Part shown: piece after piece, positions 34,545 through 46,857 of the stretch | How positions within the stretch are numbered: position 1 is the stretch's first letter | How the letters are laid out: each line of letters starts with the position of its first letter | Made by a program: the position numbers and the translations under genes | The notes under the pieces: model-generated | What the model was told of the DNA's origin: nothing | Databases searched by the model: none | What the model saw: the letters and a program-made list of their open reading frames with translations, nothing else | Assembly: GCF_006345805.1 (NCBI RefSeq) | Contig: NC_043002.1 | Span: 3,534,001-3,598,000 of the forward strand | Direction of reading: 5' to 3' | DNA from: Octopus sinensis | Lineage: Eukaryota | DNA: 64,000 bases

Positions 34545-34860
34545 AACTGGCACTCTGTGGGTTATGACAATGAGCGTTCCAGTTGATCCGATTGATGAAA
34601 CAGCTTGCTTGTGAAATTAACATACATGTGGCTGAGTACTCCACAGACACACATGTACCCTTAATGTAGTTCTCGAGGAGATTCAGTGTGACATGGCTTG
34701 CCCCTTTGAAATACAGGTACTCATTTTCACCAGCTGAGTGGACTGGGCCAATGTGAAATAAACTGTCTTGCTCAAGGACACAATTTGGCACCAGGAATCA
34801 AAGTGACAACCTTACAATCGTGTGCCAAATACCCTAACCACTAATCAACACACCTTCACA
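34545..34860 (-). mobile_element. CORE-type tRNA SINE (different family)
   Basis: Reverse complement gtgtccttgagcaagacag..ccactcagctg..gagtacc; 3' part shared with 45066-45450. Confidence 0.7.
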
Positions 34861-36994
34861 TTCATACACATATAAAGGCTCTGAGCAAGCTATAAGATGA
34901 CACACAAGCATCTAGCTCCATGTGTACTGCTTCTTATTGCAGAAAAAGCTGTAAGCCGATGCAGTTGATTATATAATTCCCATTTTTCTTTCATTCACTT
35001 AATTTATATTATAATCTGTAAACATATATGCGGTGATTGTGCCATCGTCATACACATCATCAATGGCATTTCTGACTTTCCATCCATGACCTCACAGATG
35101 ACTATTCACTCCTGTTGCAGATCTGCATGGCTTGAAGTATAACTGACAGACAAAAGTGGTAACTAACTGCATGCTTCCAACCAGTTTGGTCTGCATACGT
35201 TACCACTTTTCCTTAGCCATAGGACGTTCAGTGGATGGAACGAGAAACGAGGTGACCATAAAGCGACATCTGCAGGCTGTAGGATTATAGTGATAAACAC
35301 TTGTACAACACGAATACCACTGTTCTGAGTTTCGGTGATTAGAACCGAGAGACAGTCCAAAGCAAGACGACCAGTAATCACATGAAACTAGGTTTTACAT
35401 TAGTGTCTTTCCCCTAAAAGGAAGCCGTGACAACACCTACGGGTCCCTCACACCCAGTGCTTGTACTGTGTATCCCAACACCAACCAGGGTATTTCTGAG
35501 TCACTCAGATGTCTTCCTTAAATATACTGGTTAGCCCATAGCTGGGACTTGGACAACTGCTACTATTTCGAGTCGGAGTAGACTTGGGAACAATAGGGGT
35601 TAAGAGGTGGTTCCACTCTCCTCCAAGCGCTGGAACTCCTGAATCAGAACCCCACTACCAGATGCGGTTTTTAAAGCCTAATGACAGACCTCTTTCAGCT
35701 TCCGTCTACCAAATCCACTCACATGGGTTTGGTCAGCTCAGGGCTATGGTAGAAGACACTTGCTCAAGGTTCCACACAGTCGGACTCAACCTAAAACTAT
35801 GTGGTCGGGAAGCAAACTTCTCAACATGGACGAAACATGAGAGGAAAGAGAACAAAGAAGCAGCTGTGTGGTTGAAAAGCTTGCTTTCCAACCAGAGGAC
35901 ATGAGGTTTGTAGCAACCTCTCATACAACAGATGATCTATTATTCTTTCGCCCCTTTTTTCACCCCCATCACTTTTATGTTGACCACAAACTGGTATTCT
36001 GGCAGCCATTTTGACTATATAATCTCAACTCAACAGAATCTCTCTCTTTTCCACATGGAACTTGGTAGCCAAACACAAGACGTTCCACTGCATTCTCTTT
36101 TCTTTGATTATCAAAACTGCATGAAATAGTAGCAACCTGTCACCACCACCCTCTCTCTCTCTCTCTCTCTCTCAATTAGTCTAAAATGTTAGATAACTTT
36201 AAGCAGGATGAATAACTAATTTACCACCATCTGTTTTCCTATACTACAACCACCAGACTGATTTTATTTACTGTATTTCTTTGGTAACATTTTCAACTCT
36301 GCCTGGCCTCAAAATGGACAAACACAAACACTGTTTCACGACACATGAAGCATGCCATTAACTTTGCAAATACAAAAAGATGTATCACACTTTTCCTGCA
36401 ACATTATTTTATGCAAATCTTAATTGAATGAATGTTGTTACTTAAAACTTATTTTCCTGTTCATGAACAACTATCCAGTTTTAAACCCGTTTTCAGAACG
36501 TTTGGGAAAACATGTTTGACAACTTTAGAATTATATTACAATGTGGACCAGAAAATTGTTGGCAATTTCGGTGGTAGATGGAAAATAGAGGAAAGCTGAT
36601 ATATGTAATTTTAATGTTGTCTCTGTGCATCCATATTTTCTACAGATTAAACAATACAACAGTAGAAAAGTTTTTGAAATGCTGAAGCTGGTTGTAGTTA
36701 TCTAAGTAGTGGCACACTTAATGTGCTAAACACAATAGCTTTCATTAATCAATAGTGAGAAGAGGTAAACATTTTTGAACAATGCTTAAATCAACCAAAC
36801 AAAAGTAAGAGTGAAATGAGTTGATGCACCAAGGTTTCAATTAAAATTAATTAGAAACAAGCAATATGGTGGAGCAAAAGAACTTGTCTGATCATTGGCA
36901 GACAGGGTTGGAAACTCTAGACATATTTAGGTATTGTTAGACTTCCTTAATAAAGCATAGTTGTTCATATGTCTTATAAATCAATTGGGAGCAC

Positions 36995-37270
36995 CTTGCT
37001 GGCACTTTTGCCGGTGGCACATGAAAAACATGTGCAGGTGGCATATAAAAGACACCATTTGAGCGTAGCCGTCGCCAGAACCACCTGACTGGCCCTCGTG
37101 CCAGTGGAACGTAAAAGTGGTTGGCATTAGGAAGGGCATCCAGCTGTAGAAACTCTCCTAGATCAGATTGGAGCCTGGGGCAGCCATCTGGTTCGCCAGT
37201 CCTCAGTTAAACCGCCCAACCCATGCCAGCATGGAAAGTGGACGTTAAACGATGATGATGATGATGATGA
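36995..37270 (+). mobile_element. RTE 3' UTR fragment
   Basis: Units plus (GAT)n tail. Confidence 0.85.
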
Positions 37271-37449
37271 CACAATGCACATACGCTGCTATGATGACAC
37301 AATGTAAAGCCTAAGGAAAATTACTTAGACTTGTCATCTGCATGGAAAATAAATAGTAAAGTAAGTGATAACACAGTTATGCAGCAAGCAGGATAATTTT
37401 AATCACTCATAAGTCCGACAGTTGTAATCACCACCCAATCATGTTTCCC

Positions 37450-38080
37450 TTTCCTCTATTGGTCACTACATCTTGCAACTTCAGGAAATATTCTCAGGGA
37501 AGAGGCAGAGCCGATGACTTTTACAGTCCCTCGAGTGACTGGAGAGAAGACTGAGGCTGTAGATGTTCTATTTAAATTGTTGCAGGTCAATACTTGCAGG
37601 CAAGATATGAGCAGGGAGAGAAGATTCCAGTGGGATGATACTTTGAGGAGGAAGGACTGGGTATAGTGGTTAGTGCAAAGAAAAAAGACAAGGGTCAGAT
37701 GCACCAAGGATGATGAAAAATAGAAAGATGAATGAATCGGCAGTGCATGAGTGGTAGAAGGAGAAGAAGGCCATTGTAGTAGCAACAGAATAAAGCAAAA
37801 AGAGGAGATACTACTAGACTTGTGCTGATTTAAAGTCAATCATCCAAGTGATTGGATGTGGTCCATGCATGTAACACCAGCACCATCCCAGGTGGGCGGG
37901 TGCACTGTGATCTCCTGAGCCTTGTAGAATACCAGCAACTGTTGAGAACTGGATAGTTTTCTGGTTCTAAAGATAAGATCTAATCCTTGTGATGTTGTCT
38001 TAGTTATTGTTAAGGATGTACTTTCGAGATATTCAGTGATAGTGAGCCACACCATTTGGGGTGACTCTGAGGGCCCTAGC
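37450..38080 (-). mobile_element. Degenerate LINE ORF2 C-terminal fragment (CR1/L2-group-like)
   Basis: SLTITKTTSQGLDLIFRTRK..LLVFYKAQ..WDGAG. Confidence 0.6.
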
Positions 38081-38693
38081 TGAGTGTCACACATATTTAG
38101 AAATGTGGGGTAGTGTTTTCTAAATAAGAGTTAAATTTTTTTTTCATTTAGTGAAGATATGTGGCCTAGTAAGTTAGGTTGCTGCACTTATGATCACAAT
38201 ATGATGATTTCAATTCTCAGACTAGGCAGGGCTTTGTGTTGTTGAGCAAAACACCTCAGTTCATGTCGTTTTCAGTCCACTCACCTGTAAACAAATAAAG
38301 CTGTGATGGACTCACATCCTATCCAAGGGAAATGTTGTGATCTCAGTCATGGAAAGCAGGTAACCAGCCTTATGAGCGAGTCCTAGGATTCAAGATAGTA
38401 ATGCCCAGGGGTTGGTGATGATAATAATAAGCTACTTTTACTATTGAAAGAGACGAGATAGTCATGGTCCCACTAGAGGATGCTGTCAAGATCTCTGTTA
38501 ATAGAATCACTGCAAGTTTGGCAAGTGATATCTAGGTTGTGTGTGGATGATGAATGGTTGCAGAAGGTGATGGAGGAAGGAAAGAATATTCTCCAATTAT
38601 TAGATTAGCCACCCTAAGAAACAATACTTTGTTGTGACTATATCAGCCATCCTTAGCTATTATTCCATCAAGTCAATATTAAAATCCTCAATA

Positions 38694-38906
38694 AGGCAGC
38701 GAGCTGGCAGAAACGTTAGCACACTGGGCAAAATGTTTAGCAGTATTTTATTTGTCTTTATGTTCTGAGTTCAAATTCCACCAAGGTCGACTTTGCCTTT
38801 TATCCTTTCGGGATCAATAAATTAAGACCCAGTTGCATACTGGGGGTCAATCTAATCAACTGGCCCCCTCTCCCAAAATTTCAATCCTTGTGCCTAGAGT
38901 AGAAAA
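38694..38906 (+). mobile_element. Family B SINE with a 19-bp TSD
   Basis: TSD aatattaaaatcctcaata at 38675-38693 and 38907-38925. Confidence 0.93.
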
Positions 38907-39419
38907 AATATTAAAATCCTCAATACAATGCAATAACTAATCAAACATTTACACACACAGAAAATCAGGATCGAATTTTATGAATGAGAACAAAAGAACA
39001 GCAGTTTCACTTTTGTGTTTTAAAAAGATAGCAGCTATGAAGTTTAGGAGAAAAGAGAATGTGACAGCAATTAAAATAAAATAATAGAACTTAAAAACCG
39101 GTTGGAAGGGTTGTTGTTGTTGTTGTTGTTATATATAAAAGTGGTTGTGTGAATGTAAGGTGTATATATTATAGCAGGGGGTGGGGGTGAAGTGACATAG
39201 GGGAAGCGAAAGGAAAAAGAATAAAGAAGTGGGAGAGGCAGCTGGAGAGAGTGAGGAAAATTGCTGCTGCCATTACCAACACCACCACTGCTACTACTAG
39301 GGAGAGAGAGAGAGTGAAAACAGCCATTACTGCCAAAAAATAAAAGAACAACGCTGTTGCTATCCCTAGTAACAGAAATATTGAACAGTATGTCATGTGA
39401 TCAATTGGAAAGAAAATAT

Positions 39420-39821
39420 CATCATCATCATCATCGTTTAGCGTCCGTTTTCCATGCTAGCATGGGTTGGACGGTTCTACTGGGGTCTGTGAAGCCAGAA
39501 GGCTTCATCAGGCCCAGTCAAATCTGGCAGTGTTTCTACGGCTGGATGCCCTTCCTAACGCCAACCACTCCGTGAGTGTAGCCAACCACTCCGTGAGTGT
39601 AGTATCATCATCATTTAATGTATGTTTCCCATGCTGGTATGGGTTGGATGGCTTGACAGGGGCTGGCAAACCGGGGGCTGCATTAGGTCCCATAGTCTAC
39701 TTTGACTTGGTTTCTGCAGCTGGATGCCCTTCCTAATGTCAACCACTTTCTGTGGCACCACCGGGTACAGGGTACTTTTTATGTGGCACCAGCACCGGTG
39801 CTTTTAATGTGATAGCAGCAC
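39420..39821 (-). mobile_element. Two tandem RTE tails
   Basis: A 21-bp duplication gccaaccactccgtgagtgta marks the junction near 39560-39601. Confidence 0.85.
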
Positions 39822-39899
39822 TATATAAATACATAAAACAATTTATCTCGATAGATCCTAACATTTATGGTGGAATTATCCTAGCTATTTTTATGTGAC

Positions 39900-40090
39900 A
39901 TTTCAGAGTTCTTCACTTTGAAACCAAAAGAGTTTTACATTGATGGGATTAAAAAGCTTGTAAATAGATGGAAGAAAGTCATAGATAATCAGAGAAAGTT
40001 CATTGATTATTAAATTTCAATTAAATATAACATTTGATGACTTGTCTTCTTCATTCAAAATTTGGACAGATCTTATGGGATGACCTGATA
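39900..40090 (+). mobile_element. Mariner transposase 3' end and TIR
   Basis: FFTLKPKEFYIDGIKKLVNRWKKVIDNQRKFIDY* followed by cttatgggatgacctgata. Confidence 0.75.
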
Positions 40091-40464
40091 ATACCCCCAC
40101 ATGAATTCCAACCCCTAGCCCCTACACACATTTTCAGAAAACTCTTGTAGACTTACATCTCAGAGACCTTTGGGTCTAAACAAGCCTTGATGTGAAAATA
40201 CAAAACAAACTGAACAAGGGTTACCTTGTTCAGTTTGTTTTGTCTCTTTTCACAGTGTCCACAAATCAGATGTGGTTTTTTTACCTCCAATAACAGAGGG
40301 CAGTCACCATATATTTTCCATACCTGCAAGCTCTGACAAGCACAAAGTATTACATGATAGCAAAACTGGGCTGTTATTGGCAGGGGCAGCGTCTTTGTGG
40401 TTGGTCGTGTTTAATATCCGCCTTCCATGCCGGCATGGGTTTTCTTTAGTTATCCCCAACAAAG

Positions 40465-40850
40465 ACGCAGGAGTGGCTGTATGGTAAGAAGCTTGCTTAC
40501 CAGCCACATGGTTCTGGGTTCAGTCCCACTGTGTGGTGCCTTGGGCAAGTGTCTTCTACTATAGCCTCAGGCCGCCCAAAGCCTTGTGAGTGGATTTGGT
40601 AGACAAAAACTGAAAGAAGCCTATCGTATATATATGTGTGTGTGTGCATGTGTGTATTGTGTTTCTCCCCCCACCATCGCTTGACAACTGATGTTGGTGT
40701 GTTTACGTCCCCGTAACTTAGCGGTTCAGCAAAAGTAACTGATAGAACAAGTATTAGGCTAACAAAGAATAAGTCCTTGGGTCGATTTGTTTGACTAAAG
40801 GCAGTGCTCCAGCATGACCGCAGTCATATGACTGAAACGAGTAAAAGAAT
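40465..40850 (+). mobile_element. Complete family A SINE
   Basis: Aligns end to end with 45990-46402. Confidence 0.92.
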
Positions 40851-42377
40851 TAAAAAAATAAAATATTTTTTTGACGTGTTTCCATATATTTTCTTCCAAA
40901 ATTCCAGCTCTCAGCCACTTAAAACAATATACAAATTTTTATTATTCTTTTAGGAAGTTCTGTTCTGCTTAGAAAATGTATCGTATTATTCATTTATTTT
41001 ACTACTTATCACTTCAAATCATTTCAAGTCTTATCTCCCTACTTTTTCGTGACCTCTGTATCTCTATATCACACTGCTGGGTGGGATTCTCCCATTCTTT
41101 TTTTGTGTAGATATGACTTACTCATTATTAGATATGATGCTTTCAACAGGCTGGCTTTATGAGAACATCTTGTTTAATAAATTTCTTCTGACAATCTGTA
41201 TCCTCTTCACTAACAACAGCAACAACTTCTTAGATAATTTATTTCTTTCATAGATACCAGAGTTATTAACTAAGGCGGGAAAGCGGGGGCGGAAAGCTGG
41301 ATGAAACAAACCGAGTTGAACTGACATTGCTTTACATTATCTAATTTATTGCTTGGAGCATTAAGCTCGTTGGAAATTACAGAAAAATATTTGCAAAACA
41401 AGATTAATATGAAATTTTGAGTTAACTCTTGATACCAGCTTGTCTGTAAACATCATCACCACCACCACCACCACCACCCTGGTTCTCTGATACAAGATTC
41501 TTGTTTTAAAGTGCAATGAACAAAACTTTGGCATTTTCTGTCTGAAGTGTATTTCAGTTTAGATTTGATGTTATTAACAAGACTTCAAGAGACAAAAATA
41601 TAATTTAAATGCACACAGAGACACACACATGGATGTACACACACGCAGTGAGAAAGAGAGAGATAGAGAGATAGAGAGAGAGAGAGAGTGACAAACACAG
41701 ACAGACAGTAATCGTTTTCTCTCTATTGCTGGTGCAAGAAAGAAGTCCAGCATATTTTATGAAACAATGTAATAGGAAAGGAAACCAGCCATAGAAAACA
41801 TTTTAAAACGGAATGTATGCATGAGTGAGATGTGGTCCCTGACCAGTCTAGGGGGACAGTCACTCGAAATCAGGAATGTGACAACCCATCCCATCCCATC
41901 CATGCCAAGAAAGACAAGTGGATGAAAAACTATGATGATGGCAATGACAAAGATGATGATAAAATGACAACAATAACAAATGATGACAGTGATGCCAATG
42001 ATGATGAAAATTATGATGAATAGTTTCAAAGCCAAACTATATACCTTTTTCTTTAAAGAGAAAAAGGAAAATCTGAATTAATGGGTTCTATCCAAAGCAG
42101 CTCCTCTTGGAGAGCTGTTTTTTTGGGGGTTTTTTTTTATGTAGCAATCATTTTCAGGAAAGGCCCCAATAAATGTTTTGATAATATATCAGTTGTATTT
42201 CATAAAGTGATATTCCCAAGATATACGTCTCTCGAGTACTGCTCAGCTACATCCATCGTACTTAATTACAGAATCATTTCCACCAGATAATATACCTTAT
42301 CAGATAATATAACAGACTATGAGATATCGATATATCTTTCCTTTTTTTTTTTTAGGACAGGGTGGGTGTGGAGTTAC

Positions 42378-42473
42378 GTCAACACATTTAAGATGTAGTT
42401 CCACTTTATCTCTTCTGAATATCTTTCTAGCAAATGCCCCATCATAAAGATAAATAGCATCTGTGGTCCCAAA
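42378..42473 (-). CDS. Candidate 96-nt phase 0-0 exon
   Basis: tttcaatttttatcagtag|FGTTDAIYLYDGAFARKIFRRDKVELHLKCVD|GTAACT. Confidence 0.4.
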
Positions 42474-43074
42474 CTACTGATAAAAATTGAAACAACACTC
42501 TGTTCCTTTTAATACTTTCTTTTTCATCCATCAGCCATCAAATCACATTAAATGTTCATTCCAGTATTAGAAAAATACAAAAACGTTTGTCTCCATCAAC
42601 ATTGAAAACACCAGAGAGAACAAAAACTTTATAGTACTTTGTATTACTAACAGCCATCCAACTAAAACATAATCAAATCTTATTAGAATCACTGGCGCTG
42701 GTGCCACATAAAACGCACACTGTACACTCTATAAATTGATTGGCACAAGGAAGGGTCTCCAACGGCAGGAACTATGCCAAAACAGCTGGTGTGGCTAACC
42801 AGCCTTGCTAGTTCTTGTCAAATCATTCAACCACCCATGCCAGCCTGGAAAGCAGATATTCAATGAAGATGAAGAGAGCTTTAATTTTGTGTTTTTACAC
42901 AATTCTTAAGAGCAGGAGTGGCTGTGGTAAGAAGCTCGCTTCCCAACCACATGGTTTCAGGTTCAGTCCCATTGCACAGCACCTTGGGCAATGGGACTGA
43001 ACCTTCTACTATAGCCTCAGGCTGACCAAAGCCTTGTGAGTGGATTTGATAGATGGAAACTGAAAGAAGCCCAT

Positions 43075-43115
<41 letters not shown>

Positions 43116-43165
43116 TATATATATATACACACATATATATATATCACACATATATATATATATAT

Positions 43166-43502
43166 ATACAAGATAAGAAAATGGAGAAATACATCTAAAT
43201 CAAATGTCATATACCAGATAATACTCAATCACATACTTTATTAAACCACCACATAAGAGACTGTAGGGATAAATATAAAAAAGCAGAACAAATCAGTGTA
43301 CATAAAGGAATGTACATAAAAAAGTGTACATAAAAGAGTAATGTTGTATAATACTCTTTTATGTACACTTTTTTATGTACATTCCTTTATATACACTTTA
43401 TATACAGTCTCTTATGTGGTGGTTTAATAAAGTATGTGATTGAGTATTATCTGGTATATGACATTTGATTTAGATGTATTTCTCCATTTTCTTATCTTGT
43501 AT
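43166..43502. repeat. Near-perfect 337-bp foldback
   Basis: Outer arms 43166-43265/43403-43502 (100 bp); inner arms 43295-43340/43352-43397 with one mismatch. Confidence 0.95.
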
Positions 43503-43673
43503 TAGTAATTTGTGGTAAAACATTTTACCTTTGCCCATATAATACAGTAAATGAATTGATTGCATTGCAATCATTAACATTTATGTATTAACTTTGTTGG
43601 GTACTTCACTGGCAGTATATTGGATATATGTTATCCCATGGAGGGTTGCATTTACAACCCCTATCTCAATTTG

Positions 43674-43711
<38 letters not shown>

Positions 43712-44047
43712 ACAGGCTTCTTTCAGTTTCCATCTATCAAATCCACTCACAAGGCTTTGGTCAGCTCGAGGCTATAGTAGAAGACACTTGCTCAAGGTGC
43801 CGTGCAACGGGACTGAACCTGAAAAATGTGTGTGTGTGTGTGTGTGTGTATGCATATATTTGTGTGTGTGTCTACGTTTGTGTCCCCGTTCCATTGCTTG
43901 ACAACTGACATCACTGTGTTTACGTTCCTGTAAGTTAGCGGTTCAGCAAAAGAGGCTTACAGAGAATAAGTCCTGGGGTCGATTTGGTTGAGTAAAGGTG
44001 GTGCTCCAGCATGGCCACAGTCAAATGCCTGAAACAAGTAAAAGAAT
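43712..44047. mobile_element. Family A SINE with its 5' half inverted
   Basis: 43712-43819 is head/CORE on the minus strand, cut at the B box; 43826-44047 is microsatellite plus tail on the plus strand. Confidence 0.8.
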
Positions 44048-45065
44048 AATTCTCTTCAGCATCCATTGAGGCAGTGGATGCTGATTGAAAGAACGTTTTG
44101 TTAACATGTTGATTTAATCAAGGTTATAGATCTTTTGTCTTGTATTTGTTTCAGTCAGACTACGGCCATGCTGGGGCACTGTCTGGAAGAATTTTTAGTC
44201 GAATGTATCGACTCCTGTACAATTTTTTAAAGCCAGGTACTTATTCTATCAGCCTCTTTTGCTGAACCACTAAGTTACAAAGGTGTAAACATACCAACTC
44301 CATTTGTCAAGCAGCAATGGGACACACACATACAGTGGGATTCTTTCAGTTTCCATCTACCAAATCTTTGGTCACCTTAAGGCAATAGTACAAGACAATT
44401 TACCCAAGGTGCTACGCTGTAGGACAGAACATGGAACCATGTGATTGAGAAGCAAGCTTCTTATCACACAGCCAGGCCTGCACTTATATTCCAGCTTTCG
44501 GGAAAATAGATAAAAATAATGTAAAGTCGTGCTACTTGATACAGGCTTTCTACTATTAGAATCATATCAAAGGTATCTGAGATAAACATCTAACTTTGCT
44601 ATCAGCTTATTTTATAGCACATTTGACATATTGAAATTAGTCTCACAACACAGTTACTCTACACTTTGTAAGAGAAAGTGTCTTATAAAGGTCATCTTTT
44701 ATATCATCAACATCTGTCTTCCATGCTGGCACGGGTGGGACAGTTTGACTAGGATCCAATGAACAGGAGCATTATATTGAGCTCAATGACTCTTTTGACA
44801 TACCCTTCCTAACATCAACCTCTGTATGAAAGTACTGGCTGCTTCTATCACGACACCAACACAAGTAAGGTCACTGAAAAACTTGCAGAACCTTTCCCAA
44901 TAAAACTTTTTGATAACATTATTTTTAAGCTGCAGTTTAATAATTATGCTTAAGGCAATAGTTTGTGTCTGGATTAGTTTCATTATTTGTAACAATATTT
45001 TATGTTTTCTTGTGTATTTCTAGTTGACTTGATTCTATTTTTCACCCGCCTCATATATAAATATT

Positions 45066-45450
45066 GTGGAGGCACAATGGCCCAGCGGTTAAGACGGCAG
45101 ACTTGCAGTCATTGGATCGCAATTTCGATTCCCAGACCGGGTGTTGTGAGTGTTTATTGAGTGAAAACACCTAAAGCTCCATGAGGCTCTGGCAAGGGGT
45201 GATGGCGAACCCTGATGTACTTTTTCACCACAACCTTCTCTCACTCTTTCTTCCTGTTTCCGTTGTACTTGTATTTCAAAGGGCCAGCCTCGTCACACAC
45301 TGTGTCACCCTGAATCTCCCCAAGAACTACATTAAGGGTACACGTGTCTGTGGAGTGCTCAGCCACTTGCACGTTAATTTCACAAGCAAGCTGTTCCATT
45401 GATTGGATCAACTGGAACCCTCGTTGTCGTAACCAATGAAGTTCCACAAT
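45066..45450 (+). mobile_element. tRNA-derived SINE (further family)
   Basis: A box tggcccagcggttaag, B box atttcgattccc, 3' ggatcaactggaaccctcg. Confidence 0.75.
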
Positions 45451-45989
45451 ATAAATATTAATATTACCTCTCATATAAGTTATTGATATCGATTTCTGCA
45501 GACAGAAATATTTTGAAATAACCAATATAAGAATAAGACTGTAAAATAAAAAACAAACAAAGCTGAAGTTTGGAATGTCTGTCTTTCAATAAGCAGTCAT
45601 CAAATAATGGATGTTAATTAAAAAAATTAAGCATTGAGTTTTAAAAGTTCAGAAATTTATTGATTTGAATTAACGTTTTGATAAAAAGAAATGAACAGAA
45701 TTCAACCTTATATTTTACCATCCACAAAATTAGAAGACAGGTGCAGACATGATTAAGTAGTTTACTTCACAACTGCATGGTTCTTGGTTCAGTCCCACTG
45801 CATGGTACCTTGAGCAAGTGTCTTCTATTCAAGCCACAAGCCAGTGGTTGCCAACCTTTTCACTACCAAGAACCTCTTTATTTAAATGAGTTTTCCCACA
45901 GAACACTCTTAATATTCTTATCGTTATGCATATATATCTCCTAATATAATAATGAATGTAGTGTTTTCATTTGTTTGTATATATATATA

Positions 45990-46148
45990 CAGGAGTGGCT
46001 GTGTGGTAAGTAGCTTGCTAACCAACCACATGGTTCCGGGTTCAGTCCCACTGTGTGGCATCTTGGGCAAGTGTCTTCTGCTATAGTCCCAGGCCAACCA
46101 ATGACTTGTGAGTGGATTTGGTAGACGGAAACTGAAAGAAGCCTGTCG

Positions 46149-46195
<47 letters not shown>

Positions 46196-46402
46196 ATGTG
46201 TGTGTGTGTTTGTCCCCCTAGCATTGCTTGACAACAGATGCTGGTGTGTTTACGTCCCCGTCACTTAGCGGTTTGGCAAAAGAGACCGATAGAATAAGTA
46301 CTGGCTTACAAAGAATAAGTCCCGGGGTCGATTTGCTCGACTAAAGGCGGTGCTCCAGCATGGCTGCAGTCAAATGACTGAAACAAGTAAAAGAGTAAAG
46401 AG
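45990..46402 (+). mobile_element. Young complete family A SINE (OR-type CORE-SINE-like)
   Basis: CpG-rich with intact boxes; similar copies at 51270-51630 (+), 52655-53045 (-), 53310-53775 (+) and 49590-49945 (-). Confidence 0.92.
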
Positions 46403-46409
46403 TATATAT

Positions 46410-46458
<49 letters not shown>

Positions 46459-46789
46459 CCAGAATCATGTCAGACGTGGAGGAGGAGAGAAAATAGTAAT
46501 TCAGTGAAGGAGAAGTAGTGAGAATAATAGCCCTGACTGAGAGGGAGTGAGAGAAAGTAATAGCAATGAGAGAAAAGAAAGGGCAATAAATGAATAAGGA
46601 AGAGGTGAAAAAAAAAAATCAGTGTTTCAACTCAGTGTGAGTATATGTGTGTATGTGTGTGTGCATGTACAAGGGAAGTATGTGAATGTTTGTATGTGTG
46701 ATTATTATGTAACCTTATTTTTGTATCTTATTTATATATATAAAATACTACAATTAGCCATTATTTTTGATGCCACGTTGTCTCAGCTA

Positions 46790-46857
<68 letters not shown>

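Noticed and set aside
35821-36009. AAAATGGCTGCC start (YY1/Kozak-like) with ORF MAARIPVCG
   Set aside because: No good donor, and the ORF runs into a SINE
45066-45140. Possible tRNA gene (also 30971-31030 and other SINE heads)
   Set aside because: No complete acceptor stem or cloverleaf, and each continues into a SINE body
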